A DNA stretch of 31,869 nt, taken from NCBI GenBank assembly GCA_002269645.1, contig NIVC01003238.1:1-31869 (forward strand). The letters run 5' to 3'. The translations under genes and the position numbers were made by a program. The DNA comes from Macrostomum lignano (lineage: Eukaryota). The notes below the pieces were generated by a model that was not told where the DNA came from, did not search any database, and saw nothing but the letters and a program-made list of their open reading frames with translations. Positions 1 through 11,181 of this stretch are shown here, one piece after another (positions within the stretch are counted from its first letter, which is position 1; each line of letters starts with the position of its first letter).

Positions 1-601
1 TCACCTTATGCGTCACACATTTGCTGTGACGCAAAGATTTAGTCTACATAGCTGGTGTTGCACTCGGTCGAATCCATGCAGACTTCGATTGGAACTTGCG
101 ATAAGGCGCTCTTCCTGTACAGATTTCTCCTGTACATGTGTACATGTACGGTCTCCTAGTCTACACAGAACATGCAAACTGTCCTGCTGGTTAAATGCAG
201 TTTAAAGCGTAGATTATACAGCATGCTGTTGCTGTGTTCAAAGCAGAAACACTGCATAATGTGAATCTATTTGCTGAACTATCTAATGGCCAAATATGAA
301 CTGTCGGTGGGGCTTATCTTTATATCGTCCAATACAAGTTTGTTTTACTTTTTTCTCATACATAGAATTGGAACTGGCCCCCTTTTGCAATTTATTGACT
401 GCATAGTTTGTTTACTAGTTAGTTTATTACCTGCAGGTTAGTAGAGTTATGCCCAAGCAGCTGCTATTTAATAAATTAGGATCTAGAATATTAAAACTAC
501 TGACTACAATTATTGATTTCTCTGTCTGCAATCTATGCATTAATGTACATGCATGGTTCGACGATCCACTCAGCAAAATTGAAAATCGTCATAATCATTA
601 A

Positions 602-1031
602 CAGGGACGTCGCCAACGCCCCTCGTCGCCAACGGGGGGGGGAAGGGGGGACATGTCCCCCTCCTAGTAAAATATCTGGCGGGGACATGCCAATGCTTTG
701 TCCCTTCCACCCCACCTTGTGACCCGTTATGGAAATCAATAATTTTTCTGCAGGGCGACAAAATGTAGCGCAACAATGGGTGCCTGCGGCGCCAAAATGA
801 GTGCCTGCGACGCCAAAATGAGTGCCTGCGGCGCTAAAATGAGTGCCTGCGGCGCAAAATGAGTGCCTGCAGCGCCAAAATGAGTGCCTGCGGCGCCAAA
901 ATGAGTGCCTGCGGCGCCAAACTGAGTGCGGACAACACCGATTCTGAAAAAATGTACATGTAGGAATTTTGTCATGTACATGTACATGTATAATTGTTGG
1001 CTTTGTCCCCCACAACATGGCGACGCCCCTG
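602..1031. mobile_element. Non-autonomous hAT-type MITE, copy 1
   Basis: TIRs CAGGGACGTCGCCAA (602) versus reverse complement of ATGGCGACGCCCCTG (to 1031), 13/15 match; perfect 8-bp direct repeat ATCATTAA at 594-601 and 1032-1039. Confidence 0.85.
779..925. repeat. 21-bp minisatellite inside MITE copy 1 (GCGGCGCCAAAATGAGTGCCT, about 7 copies)
   Basis: Direct inspection. Confidence 0.9.
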
Positions 1032-2212
1032 ATCATTAAAATAAATTTAGAAACCTCATAGATGCTCCAAAAAAACTGCAGTCATGTGACCGTATACTTT
1101 TTATTTGTTTGTACATGTACAACGTCTGGCTGTCTGGCTGACCTCACAATATATGAGGGAATTTTATGGTTTTGAAATTATCTCAGAAATATTTATAACT
1201 CGACGACGTAATTAGCATGCAGCTGGGCCCGAAATCGCCGCCTGGAATTGAATTTTAGATTTCACCAGCTGAGAAAAAGCTAACTCTGCCCTCTCGATCA
1301 ATCTCTATACAGTGGCACGAAAATTTTCTTGATATTTTATTATTCATAGAGCTAGCTATCATGTACCAAATGTAAGTATGTGCAAAATACATGTACAACT
1401 GTTGCTTTATACAATAATATTTCCCGCGGGCTCTTTAGTAAAACCGTCATCGTCAAGAAAAGCGGAGAGGAAGAAATCATCACTAAAGTTAGCTCCCGGC
1501 TCCCGGCTTCCCACCCCCGTTCAACAACAACAAATTTAACAATCGCTGGAAACTTGCAGTACATAAATCGACACAATAAAGATAGCATTACACATGATAG
1601 TTCTTTGAATCGTCCCTTTTCGTATCATGAACATCAAAAACTGAGAATTGAAAAGTCCCAAATGCGCTCTATTATTTCAGACAGCTATATGTACAAAAAA
1701 TATATCAATATCCAACCCTTGCTTACATAGGAAAAATTGCTTACAGGATTTTTTACGATTTTAAACAGATTTTGCTCATTTACGAGGGTGCCGCTTTATC
1801 AATATTTCCAAGTTATGAGATATCATTGAATTAGAGCAATCTTTGCAAAAATATTTTAATTTCACTGACCAAATGAAATATCTAATACAAATAATTATCG
1901 AGGTCGAAAAAATTCTTAGATTATCCTAACACCGGGAAATTTTACTTAGTGTAGTTTAACAATTTTTTCTTTAAATGACAGTAAGAGAGAAATACAAAGT
2001 TTTCAGTAAAACACATACTAAATTATTATTGTTAATAAACTATACTTTTAAATATTTTTTTGTTTTTTACATATAATAATGTTTATACTATTTACTTTTA
2101 ACAGTGGAATTCTTTCTTTTATTTTTGCATTCGTGCATACAATTTCCATCTTGAACACAAGGCTCAGACCCTAGTTTCTAGTAATCGTCATTCTACAGTT
2201 TCAGTTACCGAA

Positions 2213-2236
2213 ATGTTTGTTTACTTGAGTAAAAAG
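2213..2236 (+). CDS. WDR35: WDR35 exon 1 (MFVYLSKK)
   Basis: ATG at 2213, donor GTAAAA at 2237; matches the conserved N-terminus. Confidence 0.9.
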
Positions 2237-5200
2237 GTAAAAATATCTACAGAAATTGCTTTTTGGTTTCTTTGGAAATGTATTGACAATTATGCAAAGC
2301 ATCTTAGTTTTCGGTGCTCAGTTATTTTGCTAGATAATTCTATTTTATATCCAAGTGTTCGCTCGTAAAGTTGAAGGATTCTAGAATTTCTGTTTATTTT
2401 TTTCATGTCATTTGATAGTACATTTTTCTTAACAAAAGTGCCTCACATCGGAAAAAATTCTAACATAAAAATAAAAACTTGCAAAATCATCATCATGTAA
2501 AAGCTATGTATTTTTGAATTTCAAATAACCAATAAAAATATTTTTCAGAAAAATATAAAGTTGTTATCACTTAAAATTTTCTTCAACAGATTGCAATACC
2601 AAACAATGTGAAGCTGCAGTCACTGTCATGGAACAAGGAGAATGGCTACCTCGCATGTGGTGGAGATGATGGGCTTCTGAAGATTTTGAAGTTAGAGTCA
2701 CAGCCAGGTAATTTTTAAACTGCAGAGTTTAACAAGTTTGTTTACATTTAAATTGAAAATTTTTGACTAATAAATGCTAAAAAATAATAAATACAATATT
2801 AAGTACTATTCAAAATGGACAAATAAAACTTACTATTAGTTAGCAAAGACTTTACCTTTTATGTGCTTAAAATTCCACTTGCTTTTTGTTGAGATATAAT
2901 TTTAGGTACTCTGAAAAAAAGATACGTGCTGTTAATAACGATTTATACGCTTGTAAATACTGTATTTCTACATGTATGCATAGCGCAAAAACTGAAATGA
3001 TAAAAAAAATTATTATTGATATATACTGAGTAAACAAATAATTTAAAATATCATGAGAAAGATTTAAAGTGTAAAAATAACTAACCTTAACTCTGGAAAC
3101 ATATCGCACACCACATATAGACGGTCGAGTCAAGGGCCTGGCAGCGCCCAGCAACCTGACCATGAACCAGAGCCTGGAGGGCCACAGCGGCGGCGTGCAC
3201 ACCATCGCCTGGAACGAGGGCCACCAGAAGATCACCACCAGCGACACCAACGGCCTCATCATCGTGTGGATGTTCTACAAATCCTCCTGGTACGAGGAGA
3301 TGATCAAGAACAGCCGATCGCAGGTCTGCGACATGAAGTGGAACATGGAAGGCCAGAAGATCTGCATCGCCTACGAGGACGGCTCCGTGATTGTCGGCTC
3401 AGTGGACGGCAACAGGATCTGGGGCAAGGAGCTCAAGCTCAATCTCAAGGCGGTCGCTTGGTCGCCAGACAGCAAAATTATCCTGTTTGGCATGAAGAAT
3501 GGCGATATTCATATCTACGACCACACGGGCAACTCTGTGGTGCGTTGAGATACTGATTTTGTAATTAATACTCGCATAGATACATAAAGTAGCTAAACTC
3601 CGGGGAGCTCAAGGGGACATGTCCCCCAGTAAAAGCTATGGGGATGGGGGACATGCCAATGCTTTGTCCCCCACCCCACCTTAATTGTGACCCGTTATGG
3701 AAATCAATCATTTTCTTCAGGGCAACAAAATATAGCGCCTGCGGCACCAAAATGAGCGCCAGCGCGACGCTAAAATGAGGGCTGACAACACCGGTTCTCA
3801 AAATAATGTACATGTAGGAATTTAGTCATGTACATGCTGAAATTCTTGGATTTGTCCCCCCCCACCACCACAAAATCCATAGGGGCGACGCCCCTGGCTA
3901 AACTGCTTATAAATTAGCAGAAAATGCAGCTTTCTACAATTCTGTTTGAAATTTCTAGCCAGTTTTAATGTCTGAACTAACGAATCTTCAATGTCTGACG
4001 CCTACTCACAACAACTCTCATGCCGCACTCATCGCCCCGGTTACAGTGCCGAATGGAAGTCCCCAAAACCGGACCGGAGCTCGCGGGCATCAGCTGGTTC
4101 AGCAACCGCCTCCTTGCCCGCCCGGAGGTGCCCACCCCTTGTCTGGCCATTGCCTTCACCAACGGTCGCCTGCTGCTGCTACGTGACGAAGCCGACGACC
4201 GGCCAATCGAGCTGGACACCCGGCTCCGCCTGAGGGCCTTCAACTGGAGCCACGACGGCTCCCTGCTGGCCTGCGCCGGCCATCTGGCCAGCCAGAAGGA
4301 TACCGACAAGGATGTCAACACGGTGAAGTTCTATTCGTCTAACGGTGAACACCTGCGCACGCTGAAGGTGCCTGGAAACGACATTACAGCCTGCACCTGG
4401 GAGGGCGGCTCCCTCAGAATCGCGCTGGCGGTGGACAGCTTCATCTATTTTGCCAACGTGAGGCCGCGTTACCGTTGGGCCTATTGCGGCAACACAGTTG
4501 TGTACGCTTACAACAGGCCGGACCGGGTGGAGAACTGCGTCGTATTCTGGGATACAAAAAACAACCTGCGCTTCATCAAGTACATCGCCGGTGTGACTCA
4601 CGTGGCCGCGGCTGGCGAGTATTGCTGCATCGCTCACAAGCCTGAGCAGGAGACGGTTGCAGCTGTTGAATCGGGCGCCGGCAAGTGCACCCTGGTGCTG
4701 TGCAACGCCATTGGGACGCCGTTGGATACTCGCGATCTGGATATGGACGCTGAACAGGTTGCCATGACGGCTAGTCACGTGGTGGTAGCCTCAGATAGGG
4801 CCGTTTACACCTGGCAGTTCAAGGATCCAAAACAGCTGGCAGTAATGGAGGTTAGCGAGAAGCGCAAGGCCGGAGCGGAGAAGCTGTTCCATATCGATGA
4901 AGGCGCGCCAGCCGAAGGCGAGGGCTTGAATTTTACGCGAGTTAATGAGAAGGTATGTTAATTGTTTATGGTTATGTCTAAGGCCGGTCCTGTGTAGTTT
5001 GAATACTAATATTAAAGTTAATAATAGTTCTATGACCAAGTACTATATTATCATTAATAGTCTATGGCCAAGTACTATATTAACATTAATAGCCTATGGC
5101 CAAGTATTGCTTTTGTCAGCCTAACTGAGAATAAAGCCACCCAAAATGAGAATCCTGCCTACGCTGACTGCGAAGGGCCTGGCTGCGTGCAGCCTTAGTC

Positions 5201-8200
5201 TATGGGCCATAGACAATAAAGGACAAGCAAAGTGATAAAAAGCCATCCAATGTGAGAATCGATTGGTCTTTTAAAACTTTGCTTGTCCTTTATAGTCTAT
5301 GGCTCATAGACTAGGCTGGACGCAGCTAGGCCCTTCGTATTCAGCGTAGGCAGGATTCTCACATTGGATGGCTTTTTATCACTTTGCTTGTCCTTTATTG
5401 TCTATGGCCCATAGACTAAGGCTGCACGCAGCCAGGCCCTTCGCAGTCAGCGTAGGCAGGATTCTCACTTTGGATGGCTTTATTCTCAGTTAGGCTGACA
5501 AAACCAATACTACGAGCCATGGAAGTCTATGATCTTTTGCACAGAGGATTTTCTTCTATTACTGATTAGCCTTCAGTAGTCTCGAAAAGACCCTATCGCA
5601 TATCCTGAAATATTCCAGGAGATACGCGACAGAATCTGTGCTGTAGGCGTCAGCGCCAAACTTGTGGTGGTTGCGCGCGAATCCGGCGCCGTCCTACAAT
5701 TCGGTCTTCCCTCGATGGCGCTCGAAGTTCGGCACAGGCTTGAGTGCACGCCCTACGAGCTGCAGGTTAACTGCAATAGCACGTGAGAGCTTTTACAACT
5801 CGATTATGCTTGAATATGAAACCTTGAACCGAGGCTTGAACCGAGAACCTTGAATCTCCCCAAATGTTTCTCCTACTAAAAGAGATCATCACTGACTTTT
5901 ACTGTTCACAGCTCGAGTTTAAGGAAACATGGGTGCTGCACAGGATCCCTAAGGGGGGTCAAGCGGCTAGTCTTTAGCACTAAAATGACTTTTTAATTTT
6001 ACCACCTTTCTGCCTCTGATCAATGAACTGCAAAAGTTGATATATGAACTTTGTGATCCCAAACCATCGCTGACCTCATCAACCACCTTGAAACTCTGCA
6101 GCCGGCTCGCCATCATCGATCAGAGCGGAGTTCTCACCTTCTTCGACCTCGAAAAGGCGGCCGCAGCGACAGCTCCGCCGAAGGACCAGGAGCAGGGAGC
6201 GTCGTCACTGCCGCAGACATTCGAGCGCAAAGACGTCTGGCACATGCGATTCGCTGAAGACAATCCCGACTTGTTCGCCTTCATGGAAAAGACCAGAATG
6301 TACGTGATGAAGGGCCTGGAGGTTGAGGAGCCAGTGTCCAGCTCAGCTTACCTGTGCCAGTTCAAGGATCTGGAAATCAAAGGCGTACTATTGGACGAGA
6401 TTCTCAAAGACTGCCCGAGCAGTCCCAGCCAGGACTACCTGCTAGACATGGAGGTGAAAGCGTTGAGGGATATGCGAGACCTCACTGAGAAGTCAGGCAT
6501 TGAGCAGAGCTTGAAATTTGTTGAAGAGCATCCTCATCCGAGGCTGTGGCGCCTGCTGGCAGAGTGTGCTCTGGAACGGCAGAACCTGCAGGTGAAACTT
6601 GGCTTTAAATGTTTGCTTTTGATGCAACATGCTTTCTTAGTACATGCACGACGACTCTTTTCTCAGTGAAGGGAAGTAATTTACCGTGATGGTTCAAGTG
6701 AAAAGGAGGTATTTTCTAGGAAAGCGAAAAAACGGGCGTAATTTCCTGAAAAAATAAATAGATGGTGAGAAGCTTTGGTGTCCGAGAAGTTTGAATGGAT
6801 ATTTTTTACGGAAAATCAAAAGCAGTGTGCTTTCCTGGAAAGTGAAAGAGATATGCTTTCCTGGAAAGTGGAAGGGGTGTGCTTTCTAAGAAAGTGAAAA
6901 ATTCTGCTGACATAGTTCGCTGAAATGTGCTCACGGTTGTCTTGTCTGCCCTTTGCCGGCACTCCAGGTCGCGGAGCAAGCCTACGTGAAATGCCGCGAC
7001 TACGCCGGCGTCCAACTGATCAAGCGGCTGCAGAATCTGACCAGCGATCAGCTGCGCAAAGCCGAAGTCGCCGTCCATTTTGGCCGATTCGAAGCCGCAG
7101 AAGAGATCTATTTGAAAGCCGATCGCAAGGACCTGGCCGTGGAGCTCTGTCGCACAGTTGGCGACTGGTTCCGCCTGGTGCAGCTGGTCAAGTCTAGCAC
7201 AGGCGCCGGCACAGACGCAGTGCTGATGGAAGCCTGGGAGGCGCTGGGCGATCACTACAGCGACAGGCAAAGCTGGCAGCTGGCCATAGACTACTATGCT
7301 CAGGCCCAGAAGGAGGAGAAGCTGGCCGAGAGCTACTACCTGTTGGAGGACTACCAGAATCTGGAGAAGGTGTCCCTGCAGCTGCCAGACAATCACAAGC
7401 TGCTACCTCAGCTGGCTGCAAAGTTTGCCGCCATCGGCATGGGCGATCAGGCCGTGTCAGCTTACATCCGCTGCGGTCTGGTCAAGGACGCTATCAACAC
7501 CTGCGTACAGCTGAACCAGTGGACAACCGCAATCGAGCTGGCTAAGCAGCACAATTTGCGCGATATTGACGCACTGCTGACCCAGTACGCCAACCACCTG
7601 CTGGATAAGAACAAGCTGGTTAATGCTGTTGAGCTCTACAGGAAGGCTGGTCATTTTCTTGAGGCTGCGAAGTATATGCACAAGGTTTGTATTGGCTGCG
7701 GACTGCCAATCTACTCGCTGACCGAATTCTTGGAAACCATTGATTAAAATACCCTACTGACAAACAGACCCGTACTGACAAACAGACCCGTACTGACAAA
7801 CCCACCCCTACTGACAAACAGACCCGTACTGACAAACCCACCCCTACTGAGACGAACAGACCCCTACTGACAAACAGACTCCTACTGACAAACAGACAAA
7901 CAAACAAACAAACTGACAGAAAATACAGATAAAAATGTGAAACCAACAAATATTCTGATCGCACTTAACCTCCGCAGCTCACAATGGACGAAGTGAAGAA
8001 AGGCAGTTCGCCAATGAAGATCAAGAAGATGTTCGTACTGGTTGGCATGCTCATTGAACAGTACCACGAGCAGAGCAAGACTCAGGCTAAGTCTAAAGCC
8101 AAGTCAAAGAGAGGCGGCAATGAGGTTTGTTATTTGTGTTATAACGCGTGCGTATCTATAACAAACTTAAATTGATATGGTTGCATTGATTGAATGATAC

Positions 8201-10923
8201 TGTGCCATTTTATTGAATTTTTCACCGGCTTGAGTGAAATTTCGGAATCTCTTTATTATAGAGCCATGAGCCATAGAAAAAATATATCAACTAACGTCAT
8301 AGACTACAGAAGCGTCTTTATTTTGTTGGGCTATGTCATTTAAATACGATTCTTTAGTCTATGGCTGGGCCCAACCGGGGAACGGATACGCTTCTGTAGT
8401 CTATGGCCGGGCCCAATTGAAAATAAATACGTTTTGCAGTCTATGGCCGAGCCCAAGTGGGGAATAAATACGTTTTGCAGTCTATGGCCGAGCCCAAGTG
8501 GGGAATAAATACGTTTCTGTAGTCTATGTCCGGGCTCAAGTGGGGAATAAATACGTTTCTGTAGTCTATGTCCGGGCTCAAGTGGGGAATAAATACGTTT
8601 CTGTAGTCTATGTCCGGGCTCAAGTGGGGAATAAATACGTTTCTGTAGTCTATGGCCGGGCTCAAGTGGGGAATAAATACGTTTCTGTAGTCTATGTCCG
8701 GGCTCAAGTGGGGAATAAATACGTTTCTGTAGTCTATGGCCGGGCTCAAGTGGGGAATAAATACGTTTCTGTAGTCTATGTCCGGGCTCAAGTGGGGAAT
8801 AAATACGTTTCTGTAGTCTATGTCCGGGCTCAAGTGGGGAATAAATACGTTTCTGTAGTCTATGTCCGGGCTCAAGTGGGGAATAAATACGTTTCTGTAG
8901 TCTATGGCCGGGCTCAAGTGGGGAATAAATACGTTTCTGTAGTCTATGTCCGGGCTCAATTGGGGAATAAATACGTTTCTGTAGTCTATGGCCGGGCTCA
9001 AGTGGGGAATAAATACGTTTCTGTAGTCTATGTCCGGGCTCAAGTGGGGAATAAATACGTTTCTGTAGTCTATGGCCGGGCTCAAGTAAGGACTAACTTA
9101 TACTTAAACTTGTCAGTTTAACTTGTCAGCCCCAGGGCTACTCGTCGCTTATATGCATTTTTCACTGCGTCACTCTTTCAGGCAAGCACGGCTCTTGCCG
9201 GTCTCCTAGAAGAAGACACCGAAGCAGTGGATAGCCGGCTAATGGACGGAGCTTGGCGCGGAGCGGAGGCTTATCATTTCTACCTGCTGGCCCAGAGGCA
9301 GCTGTACGCCAACTATAACGACGCGGCGATGCACACGGCAATGGTGTTGAGGGACTATGAGGACATCCTGCCGGCTAGGAATATCTACTCGCTAATTGGT
9401 GAGTTGTATTTCTAATTGATCAGAGTATTTTATTTCAATGACTACTTGAGTAGAAGGACGGCAAACATTGTTTCTTATAAAAAAATGGGGGCGCGATTTT
9501 TATTGGAAGCAGACCAAATGCTTACAACAAGCCTGGCTTATTGCTATGTTGATTTTTGTAATGCTTTACTTGTGGAAATAATAAATCCTACTTTCTTGAC
9601 TGCAAAGTCCAACATTGCTTCAAGACTTTGGTGGGTCGCATCGCAAATCTCTCCATCGCCTACTGAAGAGTAGTGAGACACAAATTCGTAGCAAATATCT
9701 TGTGAAAAATTACTCCTAATATCCCAGTTGAAAAAAATATTTCCAGCTCTATGCGCGTGCGCCAATCGAGCTTTCGGCACCTGTTCTAAAGCCTTCATCA
9801 AGCTGGAGACGCTGAACGGAGCCACCGAGGCTGAACTGGACGAGTACAGGGAGTTGGCCACCGAGATATTCAACCGGTACAGCCCTAAGGATCAACGAAC
9901 GCAACAGGAGCTGGAGTTGGAAGCTTTAATGGAAGGGTAAGGCTGGTAGGGCTTCACTTCCTTATCTTTATTTCGACCCTACTCTCCTTATCTTTATTTC
10001 AACCCCACTCTCCTTATCTTTATTTCAACCCCACTCTCCTTATCTTTATTTCAACCCCACTCTCCTTATCTTTATTTCAACCCCACTCTCCTTATCTTTA
10101 TTTCAACCCCACTCTCCTTATCTTTATTTCAACCCCACTCTCCTTATCTTTATTTCAACCCCACTCTCCTTATCTTTATTTCAACCCCACTCTCCTTATC
10201 TTTATTTCAACCCCACTCTCCTTATCTTTATTTCAACCCCACTCTCCTTATCTTTATTTCAACCCCACTCTCCTTATCTTTATTTCAACCCCACTCTCCT
10301 TATCTTTATTTCAACCCCACTCTCCTTATCTTTATTTCAACCCCACTCTCCTTATCTTTATTTCAACCCCACTCTCCTTATCTTTATTTCAACCCCACTC
10401 TCCTTATCTTTATTTCAACCCCACTCTCCTTATCTTTATTTCAACCCCACTCTCCTTATCTTTATTTTAACCCCACTCTCCTTATCTTTATTTCAACCCC
10501 ACTCTCCTTATCTTTATTTCAACCCCACTCTCCTTATCTTTATTTCAACCCCACTCTCCTTATCTTTATTTCAACCCCACTCTGTCTCTCCATCCCTGCA
10601 CCCTAGCAGCCACCTCACTCCCGCGCTTTGATTCAATTCCTTATCTCCTCCCACTCTGTCTCTCAACCCCTGTACCCTAGCAGCCATCTCACTCCCCGCG
10701 CTTTGATTCAATTCCTTATCTCCATTTCTACCCCACTCTGATTCGAATGATTGAATAACAACGCATCTCAACCTGCAGCGAAAGCAAGATTCCAATCTGC
10801 ATAGTTACTGGCCAAGCGATCACGAGTTATCAGTTCTGGATGTGCCCGATGTGCAAGCACAGCGCAGGTGAAAACGAGATAGCCAGACTGAAGCATTGCC
10901 CGCTGTGCCACAATGTCATCTAA
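2213..10923 (+). CDS. WDR35: WD repeat-containing protein 35 / IFT121 (IFT-A core), complete; join(2213-2236,2590-2707,3121-3539,4047-4952,5619-5782,6102-6591,6968-7684,7978-8124,9182-9398,9747-9936,10779-10923)
   Basis: Spliced manually: all 10 introns are GT-AG with consistent phases, total 3537 nt = 1178 aa + TAA. Reads [98 protein letters not shown], colinear with vertebrate WDR35 as I recall it. Confidence 0.97.
2590..2707 (+). CDS. WDR35: WDR35 exon 2
   Basis: CAG acceptor; [39 protein letters not shown]; donor GTAATT. Confidence 0.95.
3121..3539 (+). CDS. WDR35: WDR35 exon 3 (WD40 repeats)
   Basis: TAG acceptor; overlaps ORF 3162-3548; donor GTGCGT. Confidence 0.95.
3600..3896. mobile_element. 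Non-autonomous hAT-type MITE, copy 2, in WDR35 intron 3
   Basis: Colinear with copy 1; same right end GGCGACGCCCCTG; degraded left end; 8-bp direct repeat GCTAAACT at 3592-3599 and 3897-3904. Confidence 0.8.
4047..4952 (+). CDS. WDR35: WDR35 exon 4 (WD40 repeats)
   Basis: TTACAG acceptor; inside ORF 4020-4961; donor GTATGT. Confidence 0.93.
5029..5106. repeat. 32-bp tandem repeat, about 2.4 copies (TCTATGGCCAAGTACTATATTAACATTAATAG)
   Basis: Units start at 5029, 5061 and 5093. Confidence 0.8.
5104..5510. mobile_element. Foldback / long inverted-repeat element in WDR35 intron 4
   Basis: Arms 5104-5260 and 5354-5510 (157 bp each, about 3 mismatches); the 93-bp spacer holds a further diverged direct copy of part of the right arm. 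No clear TSD. Confidence 0.75.
5619..5782 (+). CDS. WDR35: WDR35 exon 5
   Basis: TTCCAG acceptor; [30 protein letters not shown]; donor GTGAGA. Not in the ORF track in this frame. Confidence 0.9.
6102..6591 (+). CDS. WDR35: WDR35 exon 6
   Basis: CTGCAG acceptor; [26 protein letters not shown]; donor GTGAAA. Confidence 0.95.
6968..7684 (+). CDS. WDR35: WDR35 exon 7 (TPR-like region)
   Basis: CTCCAG acceptor; inside ORF 6953-7747; donor GTTTGT. Confidence 0.95.
7752..7896. repeat. 18-bp minisatellite in WDR35 intron 7 (TACTGACAAACAGACCCG)
   Basis: About 8 copies. Confidence 0.9.
7978..8124 (+). CDS. WDR35: WDR35 exon 8
   Basis: CCGCAG acceptor; [17 protein letters not shown]; donor GTTTGT. 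Confidence 0.92.
8385..9087. repeat. 42-bp minisatellite in WDR35 intron 8 (GTAGTCTATGTCCGGGCTCAAGTGGGGAATAAATACGTTTCT)
   Basis: About 16 copies, near-identical over roughly 8500-9085; explains the 14-aa-periodic ORFs on both strands. Confidence 0.95.
9182..9398 (+). CDS. WDR35: WDR35 exon 9
   Basis: TTTCAG acceptor; [22 protein letters not shown]; donor GTGAGT. Confidence 0.95.
9747..9936 (+). CDS. WDR35: WDR35 exon 10
   Basis: TTCCAG acceptor; [20 protein letters not shown]; donor GTAAGG. Confidence 0.95.
9955..10581. repeat. 26-bp minisatellite in WDR35 intron 10 (CTCCTTATCTTTATTTCAACCCCACT)
   Basis: About 24 near-perfect copies. Confidence 0.95.
10573..10735. repeat. About 75-bp tandem duplication at the 3' end of the 26-bp array
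   Basis: CCCACTCTGTCTCTC..CCCGCGCTTTGATTCAATTCCTTATCTCC occurs twice. Confidence 0.75.
10779..10923 (+). CDS. WDR35: WDR35 exon 11 (terminal, Cys-rich zinc-finger-like end)
   Basis: CTGCAG acceptor; [36 protein letters not shown]; TAA at 10921-10923. Confidence 0.93.
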
Positions 10924-11128
10924 TTGGCTACAAATTCTACGCTACTCGCAGCAGTAGTGCAGATGTAACGATTCAATTACTCGATTCGATAAACAGCTTT
11001 TTAATATTTTCTTCTGTCTTTGCTTGTTTATTTATTTAACTTGCTTTCTGTTGTCAGTCTGTGCATGAGAGAAAATGCAAAATTATTTAACAATTGGAAA
11101 TAGTGAACCTATATTGGGATTAACAAAT

Positions 11129-11181
11129 AATAAACTTACTCCGTCCCTCTCTACTTGATTTCTTTCCTAATTTTAAATAAA
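11129..11181 (+). terminator. Candidate WDR35 polyadenylation signals
   Basis: AATAAA at 11129-11134 and 11176-11181, about 200-250 nt after the stop, in AT-rich sequence. Confidence 0.45.

Noticed and set aside
9-33. 9-bp hairpin TGCGTCACA..TGTGACGCA as a terminator
   Set aside because: Eukaryotic context, no U-tract, and at the window edge with no context.
2174-2186. RFX X-box upstream of the ciliary gene WDR35 (GTTTCTAGTAAT)
   Set aside because: Expected biologically, but it is a short imperfect match ending AAT rather than AAC; not supportable.
4179-4778. Antisense or alternative-frame ORFs over WDR35 and tankyrase exons (e.g. 6806-7396, 21980-22504, 23588-23946 tail)
   Set aside because: Shadow ORFs expected from GC-rich codon usage.
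8441-9121. Periodic ORFs (also 533-1036, 16203-16960, 20365-20580, 22515-22987, 24329-24854, 30123-30631, 31059-31866)
   Set aside because: Translations of tandem repeats; open on several frames or strands simply because the units lack stops.
8385-10581. CRISPR-like arrays (26-42-bp direct repeats)
   Set aside because: Units are head-to-tail with no unique spacers, there are no cas genes, and they lie in eukaryotic introns.
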